This document shows, piece after piece, positions 62,386 through 64,000 of a stretch of 64,000 bases of DNA (position 1 is its first letter; each line of letters opens with the position of its first letter). The translations under genes were made by a program, and so were the position numbers. Source of the stretch: Mobula hypostoma (lineage: Eukaryota); NCBI RefSeq assembly GCF_963921235.1, contig NC_086097.1, positions 25,236,001-25,300,000 of the forward strand, in the 5' to 3' direction. Under the pieces are notes generated by a model. That model worked only from the letters and a program-made list of their open reading frames with translations, made no database searches and was not told where the DNA came from.

Positions 62386-64000
62386 AACTGGCAGAGAACA
62401 TAAAAACTGACTGTAAAAGCTTTTATAGACATGTGAAAAGAACAAGATTGGTTAAGACAAATGTAGATCCCCTACAGACAGAAACAAGTGAATTGATTAT
62501 GGGGAGCAAGGACATGGCAGACCAATTGAATAATTACTTTGGTTCTGTCTTCACTAAGGAGGACATAAATAATCTTCCAGAAATAGTAGGGGACAGAGGG
62601 TCCAATGAGATGAAGGAACTGAGCGAAATACATGTTAGTAGGGAAGTGGTGTTAGGTAAATTGAAGGGATTAAAGGCAGATAAATCCCCAGGGCCAGATG
62701 GTCTGCATCCCAGAGTGCTTAAGGAAGTAGCCCAAGAAATAGTGGATGCATTAGTGATAATTTTTCAAAACTCTTTAGATTCTGGACTAGTTCCTGAGGA
62801 TTGGAGGGTGGCTAATGTAACCCCACTTTTTAAAAAAGGAGGGAGAGAGAAACCGGAGAATTATAGACCGGTTAGCCTAACATCGGTGGTGGGGAAAATG
62901 CTAGAGTCAGTTATCAAAGATGCGATAACAGCACATTTGGAAAGCAGTGAAATCATTGGACAAAGTCAGCATGGATTTGTGAAAAGAAAATCATGTCTGA
63001 CGAATCTCATAGAATTTTTTGAGGATGTAACTGGTAGAGTGGATAGGGGAGAACCAGTGGATGTGGTATATTTGGATTTTCAAAAGGCTTTTGACAAGGT
63101 CCCTCACAGGAGATTAGTGTGCAAACTTAAAGCGCATGGTATTGGGGGTAAGGGATTGTTGTGGATAGAGAATTGGTTGGCGGACAGGAAGCAAAGAGTG
63201 GGAATAAACGGGACCTTTACAGAATGGCACGCAGTGACTAGTGGGGTACCGCAAGGCTCAGTGCTGGGACCCCAGTTGTTTACAATATATATTAATGACT
63301 TAGATGAGGGAATTAAATGCAGCATCTCCAAGTTTGCGGATGACACGAAGCTGGGCGGCAGTGTTAGCTGTGAGGAGGATGCTAAGAGGATGCAGGGTGA
63401 CTTGGATAGGTTTGGTGAATGGGCAAGTTCATGGCAGATGCAATGTAATGTGAATAAATGTGAGGTTATCCACTTTGGTGGCAAAAACAGGAAAACAGAT
63501 TATTAACGCAAACAACAGGAATTCTGCAGATGCTGGAAATTCAAAACAGATTATTATCTGAATTGTGGCCGATTAGGAAAAGGGGAGGTGCAACGAGACC
63601 TGGGTGTCATTATACACCAGTCATTGAAAGTGGGCATGCAGGTACAGCAGGCGGTGAAAAAGGCGAATGGTATGCTGGCATTCATAGCAAGAGGATTCCA
63701 GTACAGGAGTAGGGAGGTACTACTGCAGTTGTACAAGGCCTTGGTGAGACCACACCTGGAGTATTGTGTGCAGTTTTGGTCCCCTAATCTGAGGAAAGAC
63801 ATTCTTGCCATAGAGGGAGTACAAAGAAGATTCACCAGATTGATTCCTGGGATGGCAGGACTTTCATATGATGAAACACTGGATCAACTAGGCTTATACT
63901 CGTTGGAATTTAGAAGACTGAGGGGGGGATCTTATTGAAACGTATAAAATCCTAAGGGAATTGGACAGGCTAGATGCAGGAAGATTGTTCCCGATGTTGG
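62386..64000 (+). mobile_element. Young CR1 LINE ORF2 (RT), runs off the window
   Basis: ORF 62433-63506 (357 aa) and 63588-63938, near-identical in protein to the 21557-23078 copy; frame broken by the insertion at 63506. Confidence 0.95.
63506..63542 (-). mobile_element. 37-bp Penelope tail-only insertion with 14-bp TSD
   Basis: ACGCAAACAACAGGAATTCTGCAGATGCTGGAAATTC between two AAAACAGATTATTA copies (63492-63505, 63543-63556); its reverse complement matches 42205-42239. Confidence 0.9.

Noticed and set aside
62240..62386. Twin-priming 5' inversion of the young CR1
   Set aside because: The minus-strand piece encodes a different subfamily sequence (CSRNKCAYYFLNGEKI versus GGKNRKTDYYLN), so it is an older neighbouring CR1.
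62433..63506. 357-aa ORF as a host or domesticated RT gene
   Set aside because: It is a 5'-truncated CR1 ORF2, nearly identical to another copy in the window and broken by an insertion.
1..64000. Prokaryotic operon, CRISPR array or defence system
   Set aside because: No gene-dense region and no regularly spaced repeat-spacer array; all recognisable ORFs are vertebrate TE fragments.

Overview
Eukaryotic, repeat-saturated non-coding DNA (intron or intergenic). The repeat complement (CR1, Rex1/Babar, L2, L1/Tx1, Penelope-like elements, tRNA-headed V-SINEs, Tc1 derivatives) fits a cartilaginous fish, most likely a ray; this is inferred from repeat families, not from a gene. I found no recognisable host exon, RNA gene or CRISPR array. 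Every ORF with a recognisable protein is a transposon remnant. The most striking structure is a set of short Penelope-derived fold-back elements (about 18.6, 35.5, 40.5, 42.0 and 43.7 kb). Four have target-site duplications, they fold at or beside a minimal hammerhead-ribozyme motif, and they carry a ~37-nt tail on one arm only. That tail also occurs alone as a TSD-flanked insertion at 63.5 kb. Other points: an in-frame internally deleted CR1, a composite Tc1 derivative, teleost-like L2 and Tc1 copies, small local duplications, and repeat-free islands that may be conserved regulatory elements. Family names were assigned by eye, and boundaries of old repeats are approximate.
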